DNA from: Mobula hypostoma
Taxonomy: Eukaryota
Direction: 5' to 3'
NCBI RefSeq assembly: GCF_963921235.1
Contig: NC_086097.1
Span: 130,140,001 to 130,204,000 of the forward strand
DNA: 64,000 nt
This document shows positions 39,860 to 52,357 of the stretch, in pieces; the stretch's first letter is position 1, and every line of letters starts with the position of its first letter. The position numbers and the translations under genes were made by a program. The notes below the pieces were generated by a model. That model was given only the letters and a program-made list of their open reading frames with translations. It did no database searches and was not told the origin of the DNA.

Positions 39860-41660
39860 GTACAATGTGCCGGAGGAGTTCAGCAGATCAGGCAGCTTTT
39901 ATGGATGAGAATAAACAGACGATGTTTCGGGCCGAGACCCTTCATCAAGACTGGAAAAGGAGAGGGAAGAAGACAGAATAAGAAGGTGAAGGAGGGGACG
40001 AAGTAGTACAAGGTTGCAGGTGATAGGTGGAACCAGTAGGGGAGGAGGGGGTGAAGTAAAGGGCTGGGAAGTTGATTGGTGAAGAGATAAAGGGCTGGAG
40101 AAGGAGGAATCTAATAGCAGAGGACAGGACACCATAGAAGAAAGGGAAGAAGGGAGTAGCACAAGAGGGAGGTGAAGGGCAGGTAAGAAGTTGTGACAGG
40201 GAAACAAGAATAGGGAACGGTGAAGGGGGAAAGGGGGCAATAACAAGTAGTTTAAGAAATCAATGTTCATGCCATCAGGTTGGAAGCTACCCAGGTGTTG
40301 CTCCTCCAGCTGGAGTGTGGCTTCATTGTGGCAGTAGAGGAGGCCATGAACTGGAATGTCAGAATGGGAATGGGAAGTGGAATTAAAATTGGTAGCCACC
40401 AGGAAATCACACTTTTTGTGGGGAGTAGAGTGAAGGTGCTCGACGAAGCAGTCTCCTAATCTACGCCGTATCTCACTGATATACAGAAAGCCACACCGTG
40501 AGCACCGGATACAGTAGATTATCCCAACAGACTCACGGTGAAGTGTCACCTCACCTGGAAGGACTGTTAGGGGCCCTGAATGGTACTGAGGGAGGTGATA
40601 TAGGGACAGGTGTGGCACTTGCTCCACTTGCAATGACAAGTACTAGGAGGAAGATCAGTGGGGAGGGACATGTCGACAAGGGAGTTGCGTAGGGAGCCAT
40701 CCCTACTTCGTGGTGGGATCCCGATGGAGATGGCGGAAGTTAGGATAATTATGTGCTAGATGCGGAGGCCTGTGGGGTGGTAGGTGAGGGGAGAGGAACC
40801 TTACCCCTGATGTGGCAGCAGGAGGATGGGGTGAGGGCACAGAAGAGTGCAAAATGGAAGAGATGTGGGTGAGGGCAGTGCTGATGGTGAGGAAGGGAAG
40901 CCTCTTTCCTCGAAGGTGGAGGACATCTCAGTTGTTCTGGAATGAAAGTCTCATTCTGAGAATAGATGCGGCAGAGACAGAGGAACTGAGAAAAGGGAAT
41001 GGCATTTTTGCGAGTGACAGGGTGGAACAGGTATAGTCAAGATGGCTGTGGGAGTCAGTGGGTTCATAAAAGATACCAGGAGATAGACCGTCTCCAGAGA
41101 TGGAGACAGACAGATCAAGAAAGGAGAGAGTGGTGTCAAAAATGGACCAAGTAAATTTGAGAGCAGGATGGAAGTTAGAGGCAAAGTTGGTAAAATTGAC
41201 AAGCTCAGCATGGATGCAGGAAGCAGCACCAATGTACTCACCAATGTAGCATACGATTTGGGGAGCAATGTCAGTGTGGTCTTGGAACATAGACTGTTCC
41301 AGGTAATCAATGAAAAGGCAGGCATAGCTGGGACCCACACGAGTGCCCGTGGCTACACCCTGGGTTTGAAGGAAGTGGGAGGAGCCGAAGGAGAAAATAT
41401 TGAGGATGAGGACCAGTTCCGATAGATGGAGGAGAGTGATGGTGGAGGGGAACCGGTTGGGTCTGCTGTCCAGGAAGAAGCAGAGAGCTTCCCCTGATAG
41501 GGGATAGTGGTGTATAGAGACTGCACATCCATAGCGAAAACAATCCAATCAGGGCCAGAGAACTTAAAGTCATTGAAGAGATCAAGAGTGCGTGAAGTGT
41601 CATAGATATAGGCAGGATGGGACTGAACCAAGGGGGATAAAATAGAGTCAAGGTGTATAG
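39860..41660 (-). mobile_element. Penelope-like retroelement, 5'-truncated and frameshifted (RT + GIY-YIG endonuclease + 3' repeat with hammerhead)
   Basis: Minus-strand ORF pieces MDVQSLYT, QTQGVATGTRVGPSYACLF and LSFLDLSV (Penelope RT), and GIIYCIRCSRCGFLYISE...RRLGDCFVEH (GIY-YIG), followed by a hammerhead-like motif at 39916-39953. Confidence 0.88.
39916..39953 (-). ncRNA. Hammerhead motif, degenerate (CUGAUGA>UUGAUGA), at the 3' end of the Penelope element
   Basis: Minus strand cagtc-TTGATGA-agggtctcggccc-GAAA-c-ATC-gtctg. Confidence 0.6.
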
Positions 41661-42414
41661 GAATTTATTTTTATAGAGCATGGTTAATCTCTGCAATTTT
41701 CTACTCCAGAATGGTTGTGGAGGCTCTGTTGACCTCTCTGGGTGTATTTAAGACAGCAAATATATACTGTTTTGAAATATTGAGGAATTGGCAAAGGAAA
41801 GATGATGTCGAGAGGATATCAGCCACGATCATACTAATGATAGGCCAGGTTTAAGGAACCATTTGGCCTACTCCTGCTTCTCTTTCCTTGTGTTCTTAAC
41901 CTCATACACAGGTGATCTCCAATACTGGCCTCTGAACAGAAACGTCATAACCACACCCTTGTTATCAACCCCTTCCATTATCAGAAATGCCTCTCAGCTT
42001 CCCCCTTTCTAAAGAATATAGCTCCATCCTTTGTCTCTCCTGACAGTGTGAACCTCCTTTAAAGTCATTTCTGCACTCCCTACTGTTCCAATGTCCTTTC
42101 TGTAAATGGGAGACAGATTCAGCACAACTGAAACTACAGAAAAAGCTCAATGATCTGGACCTAAAGCTATAGGAACTCAACAGGTCTGGCAGCAATCTAC
42201 TGTGAGAAATAGACGTCAACATTTTAGTGCGCATTCAGCTTGTACCATTCATTTCAAGCCAAGGGACATCATAAGGACAATGAGACAGGCTAAAACAAAG
42301 ACGGAATTAATTAGGATTTGGGACTGTTGACCTCTCTGGGGTGGGGAGAGTGAAGGATAAGAAAGCAAAGTGAAGAACCATGGAACAACTGTTTACCCAA
42401 TTTACCCAAGAAAA

Positions 42415-44117
42415 CGCTGGATGAACTGAATCAATATTTTGGACCAGCCATCACTGTGGAAGACACTAGCAGTATGCCGGAAGTTCGAGTGTCAGGGGGC
42501 AAAAGTAAGTGAAGTTGCCATTACTAGGGAGAAGCTACTTGGGAAACTGAAAGGTCTGAAAATAGATAAGTCACCTGGAGCTGAAGGTGTACAACCCAGG
42601 GTTCTGAAGGAGAAGGAGGCTGAAGAAATTGTGGAGGCATTAGTAATGATCATTCAAGAATCAATAAAGTCTGGCATGGTTTTGGAGGACTTGAAAATTG
42701 CAAATGTCACTCCACTCTTCAAGAAGGAAGACAAGCAGGAAAAAAAAATTATAGGCCAGTTAGTCTGACCTCAGTGGTTGGGAAGAAGTTGGAGACAATT
42801 GCTAAGAGTATGGTTTCGAGGTATTTGGATTCACGTGACAAAATAGGCCACAGTCAGTATGGTTTCCTTAACGGAAAAATTTGCCTTACAAATATCTTGG
42901 AATTCTTTGAACAAGCAGGATAGACAAAGGAGAATCAATGGATGTTGTATACTTTGATTTTCAGAAGGCCTTTAACAAGGTGCCATGCATGAGGCTGCTT
43001 AACAAGTTAAGAGCTCATGGCTCTTAACTTGACAAGAAAGATACTAGCATGGATAGAGCATTGGCTGATCGGCAGGAGGCAAAAAGTGGGAACAAAGGAA
43101 GCCTTCTGGTTGGCTGCCGGTTACAAGAGGAGTTCCGCAGGGTTCGGTGTTGGAACTGTTTCCATTTAAGTCATAGGTCAATGATTTGGATGACGGAATT
43201 GATGGCTTTGTGGCTAAGTCTGCAGATGATACGAAAATAGGTAGAAGCACAGGTACTTTTGAGTAAGCGGAGGGGCTACAGAAGGACTTAGACAGATTAG
43301 GTGAATGGGCAAAGGAGAAAGGTCAAGAAATGGCAGATGGAATGCAGTGTCGAGAAGTGTATGGTCATGCATTTTGGTAGAAGAAATGAAAGTGTATATT
43401 ATTTTCCAAATGGAGAGAAAATTCAAAAATCAGAGGTGCAAAAGGACTTGGGGGTCTTAATGCAGGATTCCCTAAAGGTTAATTTGCAGGTTGAGTCAAT
43501 GGTGAGGAAGGCAAATGCAATGTTCGCATTCATTTCAACTGGAGTAAAATATACAAGCAAGGATGTAACGTTGAGGCTTTATAAGACACGGGTGAGTGCT
43601 CACCTGGAATACTGTGAGCAGTTTTGGGCCCCTCATCTGAGAAAGGATGTGCTGACACTGGAGGGGGTTCAAAGGAGGTTCAGGAAATGATTGAAAGACT
43701 TATCATATGAAGAGCGTTTGATGGCTCTGGCCCTGTACTCACTGGAATGCAGAAGAATGAGGGGGGAATCTCATTGAAACTTACTGAATGTTGAAAGGCC
43801 TCAACAGAGTGGATGGTAGGGAAGTCAAGACCAGAGGACACAGCCTCAGAATAGAGGGATAGCCATTTAGAACAGAGATGAGGAGGAAATTCTTCAGCCA
43901 GAGTGGTTAATCTGTGGAACTCATTACCACAGGCAGCTGTGGAGGCCAAGTTATTTGGTATACCCGAGGCAGAGATTGATAGACTCTTGATTAGTCAGGA
44001 CACAAAGCAATACGGGGATTGGGGCCGAGAGTGAAATGCTTCAGCCATGATGAAATGGCGGAACAGACTCAATGGGCTAGATGGCCTAATTCTGCTCCTA
44101 TATCATACGGTCTTATG
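42415..44117 (+). mobile_element. Decayed CR1 LINE RT region
   Basis: KSPGAEGVQPRVLKE...KIANVTPLFKK; WQMECSVEKCMVMHFG...HLEYCEQFWAP; 3' tail ggcctaattctgctcctat. Confidence 0.88.
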
Positions 44118-44369
44118 TTCAACCTCGTCGATCATGGACATGTGGCTCTCCTTACCTATGCTGCAGATTCCTTATCTGCCAAGGAATTCATTACTCAAGA
44201 GCAAGTGAAGCCTCCAACTGAAGAGAAACAATTACATTTTGGTGAAGCATTCATTAGGTTGAGGCAATTCCACACCACCAGCTTATTCTACAAACACTCT
44301 GCTTCAGATCTCACTGCAGGATGCATTTTATAACAAAGATTGGTGGAGGCAAGGATGGAAAGAACTTAC

Positions 44370-44453
44370 TGCGTCAAGTCTTGGCCACACGCTGCACAGA
44401 GACCTTTCATAATGACTGGATGATTGCATCCTTCTAGTCGCAGTAGTACAGCT
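44370..44453 (-). CDS. CTDP1: CTDP1 exon 2 (AVLLRLEGCNHPVIMKGLCAACGQDLTQ)
   Basis: 84 nt; acceptor ...tttgcag, donor GTAAG; contains the conserved C-x-H...GLC-x-x-CG motif. Not in the ORF track, read by hand. Confidence 0.95.
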
Positions 44454-47283
44454 CTGCAAAGATCAAGCGAGAGAAGTCATTAGCAAGGCTGCAAGAAAAT
44501 ATTTCTTTTAACAAAAAGTACTACTACAGACCAAGGGTCTATTAAATAAAAACAACACTGCAGATACTGCAGACTTGGACCTGCTCCACATGGAAGAGTT
44601 GGGCCGAAGGGCCTGTTTCTATGCTTTATAACTCTGACTCCAAACAAAAAAGACACTTAATGCTAAGTACATGATGTACAGCAAGTCAGGAGGCATCAGT
44701 GGAAAGAGAAAAAGAGTTAATGTTCCAGTTCAGAGACCCATTATCTGAAGTGGAGAAGAGAAATGGCATGAAGGGTTATGGGGAGAAGGCAGGAGATTGG
44801 GGCTGAGAGGAAACCTGGATCAGCCATGATGAAATGGCAGAGCAGACTTCATGGGCCAAATGGCCTAATTCTGCTCCTATATCTTACGTTATGAAAGTAA
44901 AGAGAAAAATAAAGAAAGATCATTTTAAACTGCAGAGAAGATGATGTGAAGAACAGAGAGGTCAAAGAAAATATCTGCGATGATGCAAGATTAGGAAAAT
45001 GTTTAATGGTGCAGTTAGAGGGCGAATGTTACTTCGTCCATGTTAAGTGTTGCTAAGATCAGGGCAACGTGAAATATTGAGCGTATCAGAAACTGAGCCA
45101 TTATTACAGATGAATGACTTATAGAAGTGTTTTTTTCTGATATGTGATTGCTTTTTATTTAATGTTTTCCAAAGGATAAATTACCAACGCAGGTAGATGG
45201 AGTTAAGATGATCACCTGCTCCAGTAGCTCATAGTTTACTACTTAACTGTGATCTAATGAGGAAACCATGAGGAAATAGAACAAGCAGCAATATTTGGCC
45301 ACTTACATCTACTTTGCTTTTCAATAAGATCATGACATCAAGCTCAATAATCTGCCAAATTCCACTATTGCTGGAGTTCAAAGGTTAATCAATCCCTGCC
45401 CTGGTTATGCTCAATATCAGAGAGTTTCCACAGTTGCCCTTGGTAGAAATTCTCATCTATTCCTCCCATACCACCATCCCCAATGTTGTTTTAAATGTTT
45501 GTCTACATAGGCCAAAAGCCTCTCCTTTTGCCCCAGATTGGCCAGCCTTTCAGTGGCCACTTTCAGCAATCCTCTTTTGGCCAGAAAAGCCAACTATTCA
45601 TTTCCTACCACAGAGACCGCCTGACCTGAGTTCCACCAGCAGCTGGTATTTTTGCCCAATTACAGCTTCTGCACTGTCATGTTGCCCCTCTCAGAGGCCA
45701 GTATCTTGCAGTGGGACTTCCTTTCATTCCTCATAATTCCAATAGGTTCAGCCCAAAGTCAATCATTCTCTCCTCATTGGCAGCACACCAGAACTGATTC
45801 TGTGAACCGATCACTCCCTTCTACAGAAATCCAAACTTCAGTGTGGTTCCACCAAGCAGAAAGCTTACAGGTGTCTTTATCAACAGAACACATCACACCT
45901 CAACAGGACTGGGACCAGTATCCTCACAAGGGATTTCATTGTGGGAGGGTGTAAACTAGTTTGAAAGGGGTCTGAGAGCTTTGGAATCCAGTGAGATGAG
46001 AAAACAGAGGAAATTGAAGCTAGAAATCAAAACAAGCAAAACTAAGAGGCAGAGGAAAACCACAGTAGGCATCAAAGTAAGTATAGAAAAATGGTAAAAG
46101 GACGAAGTGAAAAGGTACTCTCTCCAGACGCATGCTGCACAGAGGAATAAATGGCACAGGTTAGTGAGAATGACTGAACTACCATTACAGAAACATGGCT
46201 GCAAAGTGACAGGAGCCAAATGTTCAAGAGTATTCAACATTCAGGAAGGGCAAGCAAAAGAGATACAGCAAGAGGTGCCACACTATTTATAAGGGCTGAA
46301 ATCAGTATCGGGGTGAGAAATAACTCTGGCTCAGCATACCACAAGTAATAGAATCAGCCTGAGTGGAGCAAAGAAACTTTGCTGGGAATTACTTTGAGAC
46401 CACAAATTTTAAATTAAATTTATTATCAAGCTACATGTATGTCGCCAGTTACAACCTAAGATTTATTTTCTTATGGGCATATTCAATAAATCCAATAACC
46501 ATGAGGATCAATGAAAGACCTCACCACCAGATCATACAACACAGATCAGGGACCAGCAAGAACCAGAAATTTAAAAATGTGTATTATGAGGTTAATGTAA
46601 CAATCATTCAGACATATAATCTACACAGTGGACAACTAAAGTGAACAGCAAAATGATGGCATATTCATGGAATGTAACACTGGTCTTTGAGGAAGATCCA
46701 AGGGCCTTTAAGTGACCATCATTTGGTTGAAAAATTGCCGGGATTCCCTTCATTTATTTGGGACACTAAACCTCTTACTTGGGTCAGGACACTGTTGCCA
46801 AACAGTTTTTAACTAGCATCAATTGCGTGCACATCTTGTGGCCATTAGACACCTCGGTGCACTGAGCAAAGTTTTTAAAATAGCATCAGCTGTGTGCACT
46901 TGTGTTTAAGAAAAAGTGATTTTTGTTAAGGATGTCGATTATTGTCAATGTTGTCTAAAATGTAATTTGGAACCATTCTGCTCACCGCGGTTTCAAGCAT
47001 TCAGGCATGGAGATGCCAAAAATAGCCCAGAATGAAAATAAAACAATTTCACTATTTCAACAAGTTAAGACCTATGAAGAATTTGAAGGTATCAGCAATC
47101 ATCTTGAACGTTACAACGAAATAAATATTTGGAGGATGAAATTATCAATAGCATTGAATGAAGGCAATCCATAATCTACTCTAGGTGGCTGCGCTGATTT
47201 TCTTCATTTACGGTCAATCAAAAGAACATAGCAGCGTACACGTATGCTGGATTAATTAATCCATTGATAACTAGGAACTAATA

Positions 47284-48105
47284 CGGGTGCACATTCCTTT
47301 ATCCGAAATTCTGAAATCCAAAAAGCTCTGAAAACAGAAGTTTTTTTTGCCAACAGCTGACGTCACTCAGGTGTGACGTGGCAGCACTAGCCAGACGTTA
47401 GGTGTGGCTCAGCGCTCGTACTGGTTACACGTGTATTTGCTGTTTGCTGATATTTTGTGTTCACTGTTGACTTTTGTGTTTCATTTCACTGTGAAAATGT
47501 CAAAAAGAGCTGCAGATACCCCTATGGATAACAATGAGAAAAAGAGAAGGAATCTTCTCTATCGATAATGAAAGTGGAGTTATTGCAGAAGCTTGATCGT
47601 GGTGTGTCTGTGCGGCATCTTACTGAAGAAAATAGTGTCAGAACTACCACTGTATAAGATTTACATAAACAGAAAGACATGTTACTGAAGTTTTAGTGAC
47701 AGTGACGTTCAACATTTATTCTAATAAGTCATTTACCATGTGTTTGATTCGGTTTGTTTGAAGCTGTATATTTTTATGTTTTATTGAATGTTTGTGTTAA
47801 AAATAAAATTTCTTGTCATTATTCCCTAAACAATACAGTATAACAATTACATACATAGCATTTACATTGTATTAGGTATTATAAGTAGTCTAGAGATGAT
47901 TTAAAGTATATGGGAGGATGTGCGTAGGTTTGGTGCACCGCTGGGTCTTAAAGTCTACCGCACTTGGACAGGTTAAATAAGGAACTTGAGCATATGTGTT
48001 TTTTGGTATGGTGGGGGGGGGGGGGGGTCGTCCTGAAATCCGAAAAATTCTGAATTCCAAAATGCAACCGGCCCCAAGGATTTCGGATGAGGGATTGTGG
48101 ACCTG
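47284..48105 (+). mobile_element. Tigger/pogo-type DNA transposon, internally deleted
   Basis: TIRs cgggtgcacattcctttatccgaaat / atttcggatgagggattgtggacctg, TA duplication on both sides; decayed N-terminal HTH coding remnant (MSKRAADTPMDNNEKKRR...KVELLQKLDRGVSVRHLTEE) from 47497. Confidence 0.85.
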
Positions 48106-48925
48106 TAGTTTTATAATGCTGTAGTAGTATTGATAATGTTCTAATTTTTCCTGTACCTCATTTAAATACATAATTTGTTACTCACTTAGATGATTGTTGT
48201 CTTTTTTTAAAAAATACCTTTTTAACAATTTCTATTAAACTTCAGCTAACTGGGAAAGCCGCTTAATTGGGCCAAAGTGTGCTGTCATATTTCTGTTTTT
48301 TTTTTATTTGTCTTCCATGAACGCAGACCATTTCCATCAACTCTTCCTGCCCCCCACCACTTTAATTCTCGTCTCTGACCAGCATTTGCCCTTACTGTGT
48401 TTTTCACATTTTTGCATATTGGTAGAAACTCTCACAGTTTAATTTTGTCCTGTCAGTTTACTCTGGGATTCTATCCTTCCCTTTATCAGTTCATGGGATG
48501 TCTTTGCCATTTACTGAAATACTTCTGGTCTTTATGACTACAGTGGATTTCAGTTAATTATTTCAAGAGGATTTAAGTAAAGGAGTAAAGAGGTCTTACT
48601 GCATTTATTTATGATGTTGAGAGTGTACCTTGAGTACTGTATGGCATTTTGGTAACTTGAAGAAAAAGGATATACCTGCCAGAAAGCAAATACAGTAAAG
48701 TACAGTAAAATACAGTAAATTCACTACATTGGATTCAGGGGTGTTTATAAGCCACATTAAAGATTAAGTAGTAAATAGTTTTGAAGAATGAGAGATGATT
48801 TCACTGAAATTCACATAATCCTAAGAGTTCAACAGGGGAGATGCTGGGTAGAGATTTCCCCTCATTGAAAAATACAAAACGAGGAATCATTCTCTGAGAA
48901 TAAGTCATCTGCTCTTTGGGACTTA

Positions 48926-49730
48926 CAGTGCCTTGTAAAAGTATTCAACACCCAACCCTTCGTTCACATAAATACTACAACTAGGGATTTTGATCAATTT
49001 AACGGTGAATTTTTATTGGTGAATAACATGCTCCTTCACACACACACACGAACCCAAAAAACAGGGGAAACTGTAAACCATGAAAAACTAAACATTCAAA
49101 AACTGAAACATTAGTAGTTCAAAAGTATCCATTCCCCCTTTGCTCAGTACTTAGTTGAACCACCTCTCACAGGTATTTCAGCCAGTAGTCTTTTTGGATA
49201 AGTCTCTATTAGCTTTGCAATGTGATGGAGAAAGATTTGCCCATTCCTCCTTGCAGATTTGCTCAAGCTGTGCCAAGTTAGTTGGGAAATGGCAGTGGAC
49301 GGCAACCTTGAGGTATTGCCAGAGATGTTCAATTAGGTTAATGCTCTTTCATCTTCATTTTTGGTTAATCTGTTGAAAATCACCATACTTTCCTATCTTA
49401 GAGAGAGGGGATATGTATTCTTATGAATTCATTGAAAACAGGTGATCCTCCAATTTTCTACATCAACAAATTGGGTGAGTTGGTCAGGTAATATACAGTA
49501 CTATACCTGAGGAAGGTTAGCATTGTAATTAAATGGGATGAATACTTTTTCAGCTTTACAATTTTGGTTTACAATTTTCAGTAAATTTGACAGTTTTTTA
49601 AATTTTTCTTTGATTTGACAACACTTGTAGATTAGCTCAAAAACCTTACTTCAATATATTTTAAACTTAGACAATGAGACAGCAAAATGTGAAAATAGTT
49701 GAGAGGGCTGAATACTTTTTCAAGCCACTG
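48926..49730 (-). mobile_element. Tc1-like DNA transposon, internally deleted
   Basis: TIRs cagtgccttgtaaaagtattca / tgaatactttttcaagccactg; ORF 49144..49332 ends ...LIETYPKRLLAEIPVRGGSTKY, a typical Tc1 transposase C-terminus. Confidence 0.85.
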
Positions 49731-49892
49731 CAGATAAGGGCAAGTTCCTTCATTCAATCTTTGCGATTCCCTACCCCAATTGGGCTGTGTAGGCTTAGTC
49801 AATGAGCCTTTAAAAATCAAGATTGATTAAGTTACACACATAAAAGACGCTGGCGAACGCAGCAGGCCAGGCGGCATCTCTAGGAAGAGGTA

Positions 49893-49930
49893 CAGTCGAC
49901 GTTTCGTGCCGAGACCCTTCGTCAGGACTA
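49893..49930 (-). ncRNA. Minimal type I hammerhead ribozyme motif (one stem II mismatch)
   Basis: Minus strand tagtc-CTGACGA-agggtctcggcac-GAAA-c-GTC-gactg, within a Penelope-end fragment at about 49830-49950. Confidence 0.68.
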
Positions 49931-50149
49931 ACTGAAAGAAGAGCTGTCTTTTTTCTCCCCCCAAGAAAAGGGCATCAGTGAATATGAAGAGCACAGGAAA
50001 AACGGTAAAGATACAAGATCATTCTGAAAAATGATCTGAAAAGCCCAACTCCTGCTCCTAATTTTAGTGTTCTTAAGGATTTTTTTTCTAAGAAGGATCC
50101 TTTACACAAAATTACAAGAGACAGGATTCAAACCTAGATCTGCAGCATT

Positions 50150-52000
50150 TATATCAGGTGTCCCTGACCTAATCAAGATATGACCTCCGTAAAGCTATAA
50201 GAGATGGTTAGAGAAAGACCAACCCATCATCATGTTGCAGTCCAGCAGTCAACTGTGGCAGGGCTTACGTATCACCAACTGTGCATTCCTTCCCGATAAG
50301 CTTAACACATTCTATGCACGTTTTGAACAGAAAGGAATGGGTATGTCACCACCCACTCTGATAGCCTCCAGTGTATATGAATCAACAATCACCACCAGAT
50401 GTGAGGTCAGTCTTCTGGAGGGTGAACCTGTGGAAGGCATTGGGTGCTGATGGTGTCCTTGGCGGTGACCTTAAATCCTGTGCGGATCAGTTGGCAGGGC
50501 TATTTGCAGGCATTTTCAACCTCTCACTGCTTCGGGCTGTGGTTCCCTCCTGCTTTAAGGTGGCCACTGTCTTCCCGGTACCCAAGACAACATGCCTTAA
50601 TGTTTACCGTACAGATGCTCTAACATCTATCATCTGGAGGTGCTTTGAAAGGATGGTCACGACACACATCCACTCCAGCTTTCCAGACAATTTCCAACCC
50701 ACTACAAGTTCCCTAACTGAAACAGGACTACAGCGAACACCATCTCCCTGGCCCTATACTCATCCATGTAGTATCCAGACAGTAAGGAACACTGACGTCA
50801 GAATATTGTTTATTGACTCTTGAATTACTCCAAACAAACTCATCACCAAATTCTAGGCCTTTGGAATCAATACCTCCCACTGCAATCTGATCTTTAACTT
50901 CCTGACCAATAGACCACAATCAGTAAGGACACCTTCAGCACAATTATTCTAAACACTGGTGCTTCCTCAGCTTCCTACTCTACTCCCAGTACACTTGGAG
51001 TAGCCCGACTCCACTCTAACTTCCTTGGAGTAGCCTGACTCTACTCTAACTTCACCTACAAATTTCCAGACAATACTACTGTAATGGGCCACATCTCAAA
51101 TAACAATGAGTCAGAGTACAGGAAAGAGATAGAGAGCTTCGTACCATGCACCATGACAATAACCTTTCCCTTAATGTCAACAAAACAAACCAGCTGGTCA
51201 CTGACTGCAAGAATGGGGGTGGTGCACATGTCAATTGTGTGGAGTTGAAAGCTCAAAATCCTACTGTAGGTATGAACAATACCAATAGCCTATCCTGGTC
51301 TAACCACATTGAGAGGAGACACAGAAGCAGTCTGGGAGAGCTCTGTGGGGCGCACTGGAATCTGTACTGGGCTAGGAGCAGGCCCTTCCCATCGTGCTGC
51401 TCTCCAGTGTTCATTTGGTGGAAGAACAAGTTAGAGCAACACAGCTTACCATAAATCTATTCACATGCCACTCAGGGACTTGGGCTATATTTTTTTTAAT
51501 ATTGTGACTCTGTTTTTCTGAAATTGTAACCATATGTGCTATTTGTTCTATGTGTTATTGGCCCTTGGCCCCAGAGGAATGCTGTTTCGTCTGGCTATAT
51601 TCATGTATGGGTGAATAATAATTAAACTTGAACTTGATGTCACAGCCAAGAAAGCTTATCAACACTTCTACTTCCTCAGGAGGCTGAAGAAACTTGGCTT
51701 ATTCCCATCAACCCAATTTTTATCATAGAAAGCATTCTGTCTGGTTGCATAACAGTTCAGAATGACACATAACCATAAAAAAAACTGCAAAGTTGTGGAA
51801 ACAGCTCAGCGCAACACAGGAAAAGGCCTCCCCTCTATACATTCTGTCTGTACTTCTTGCTGCCTCAGTATAGCCGCCGGTATAATGAAAGGCCACCCAC
51901 CCTGGATATTTTCTCTTCTCCCCTCTCCTCACACTGGAGGACAGCTTCTATCCCACTGTTATCAGACTCTTGAGCAGGCCACTTGTATGATAAAATGAAC
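50150..52000 (+). mobile_element. Decayed Rex1/Babar-type LINE
   Basis: ORF 50371..50823 KALGADGV...LKSCADQLAGLFAGIFNLSL...VPSCFK...CLNVYR...ALTSIIWRCFERMV...VRILFID. Confidence 0.8.
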
Positions 52001-52109
52001 AACTGGCCTCACAATCCACCTTCAGACCTTTCACTTTATCATTTACCTACACTGCTCTTTACACTTCATTTTGCATTGTTCTACCTCATTCTAGCTCAAT
52101 GTACTGAGT

Positions 52110-52357
52110 CAAACATGAGAAATTCTACAGATGCTGGAAATTCATGCAACACACATCAAAGTTGCTGGTGAATGCAGCAGGCCAGGCAGCATCTCTAGGA
52201 GGAGCTACAGTCGACGTTTCGGGCCGAGACCCTTCATCAGGACATTTTTCAACGTTTTGGGCCGAGACCCTTCGTCAGGACTGGCCCGAAACGTCGACTG
52301 CACCTCTTCCTAGAGATGCTGCCTGGCCTGCTGCATTCACCAGCAACTTTGATCAAG
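52110..52357. mobile_element. Short foldback Penelope-derived insertion with tandem hammerheads
   Basis: About 71-bp inverted arms 52155-52225 and 52283-52353; 9-bp TSD GTACTGAGT at 52101-52109 and 52358-52366. Confidence 0.85.
52208..52243 (-). ncRNA. Minimal type I hammerhead ribozyme motif, core intact
   Basis: Minus strand reads gtc-CTGATGA-a-gggt(ctcg)gccc-GAAA-c-GTC-gac: catalytic core, stem II, palindromic ACGT in place of stem III, GUC cleavage triplet and stem I gtc/gac. Confidence 0.75.

Larger units (their letters stand above)
15919..44453 (-). other. CTDP1: CTDP1/FCP1 gene, partial (exons 2-8 in window; transcription unit extends beyond both ends)
   Basis: Seven GT-AG exons (84, 94, 129, 151, 91, 167, 1119 nt) join in frame into a protein with the FCP1-type HAD phosphatase motif DLDQT, the motifs LRPHCKEFL, ELHVFTFGSRLYA and IIDDREDVW, an acidic linker and a BRCT start. 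Exon numbering follows recalled human gene structure. Confidence 0.97.
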
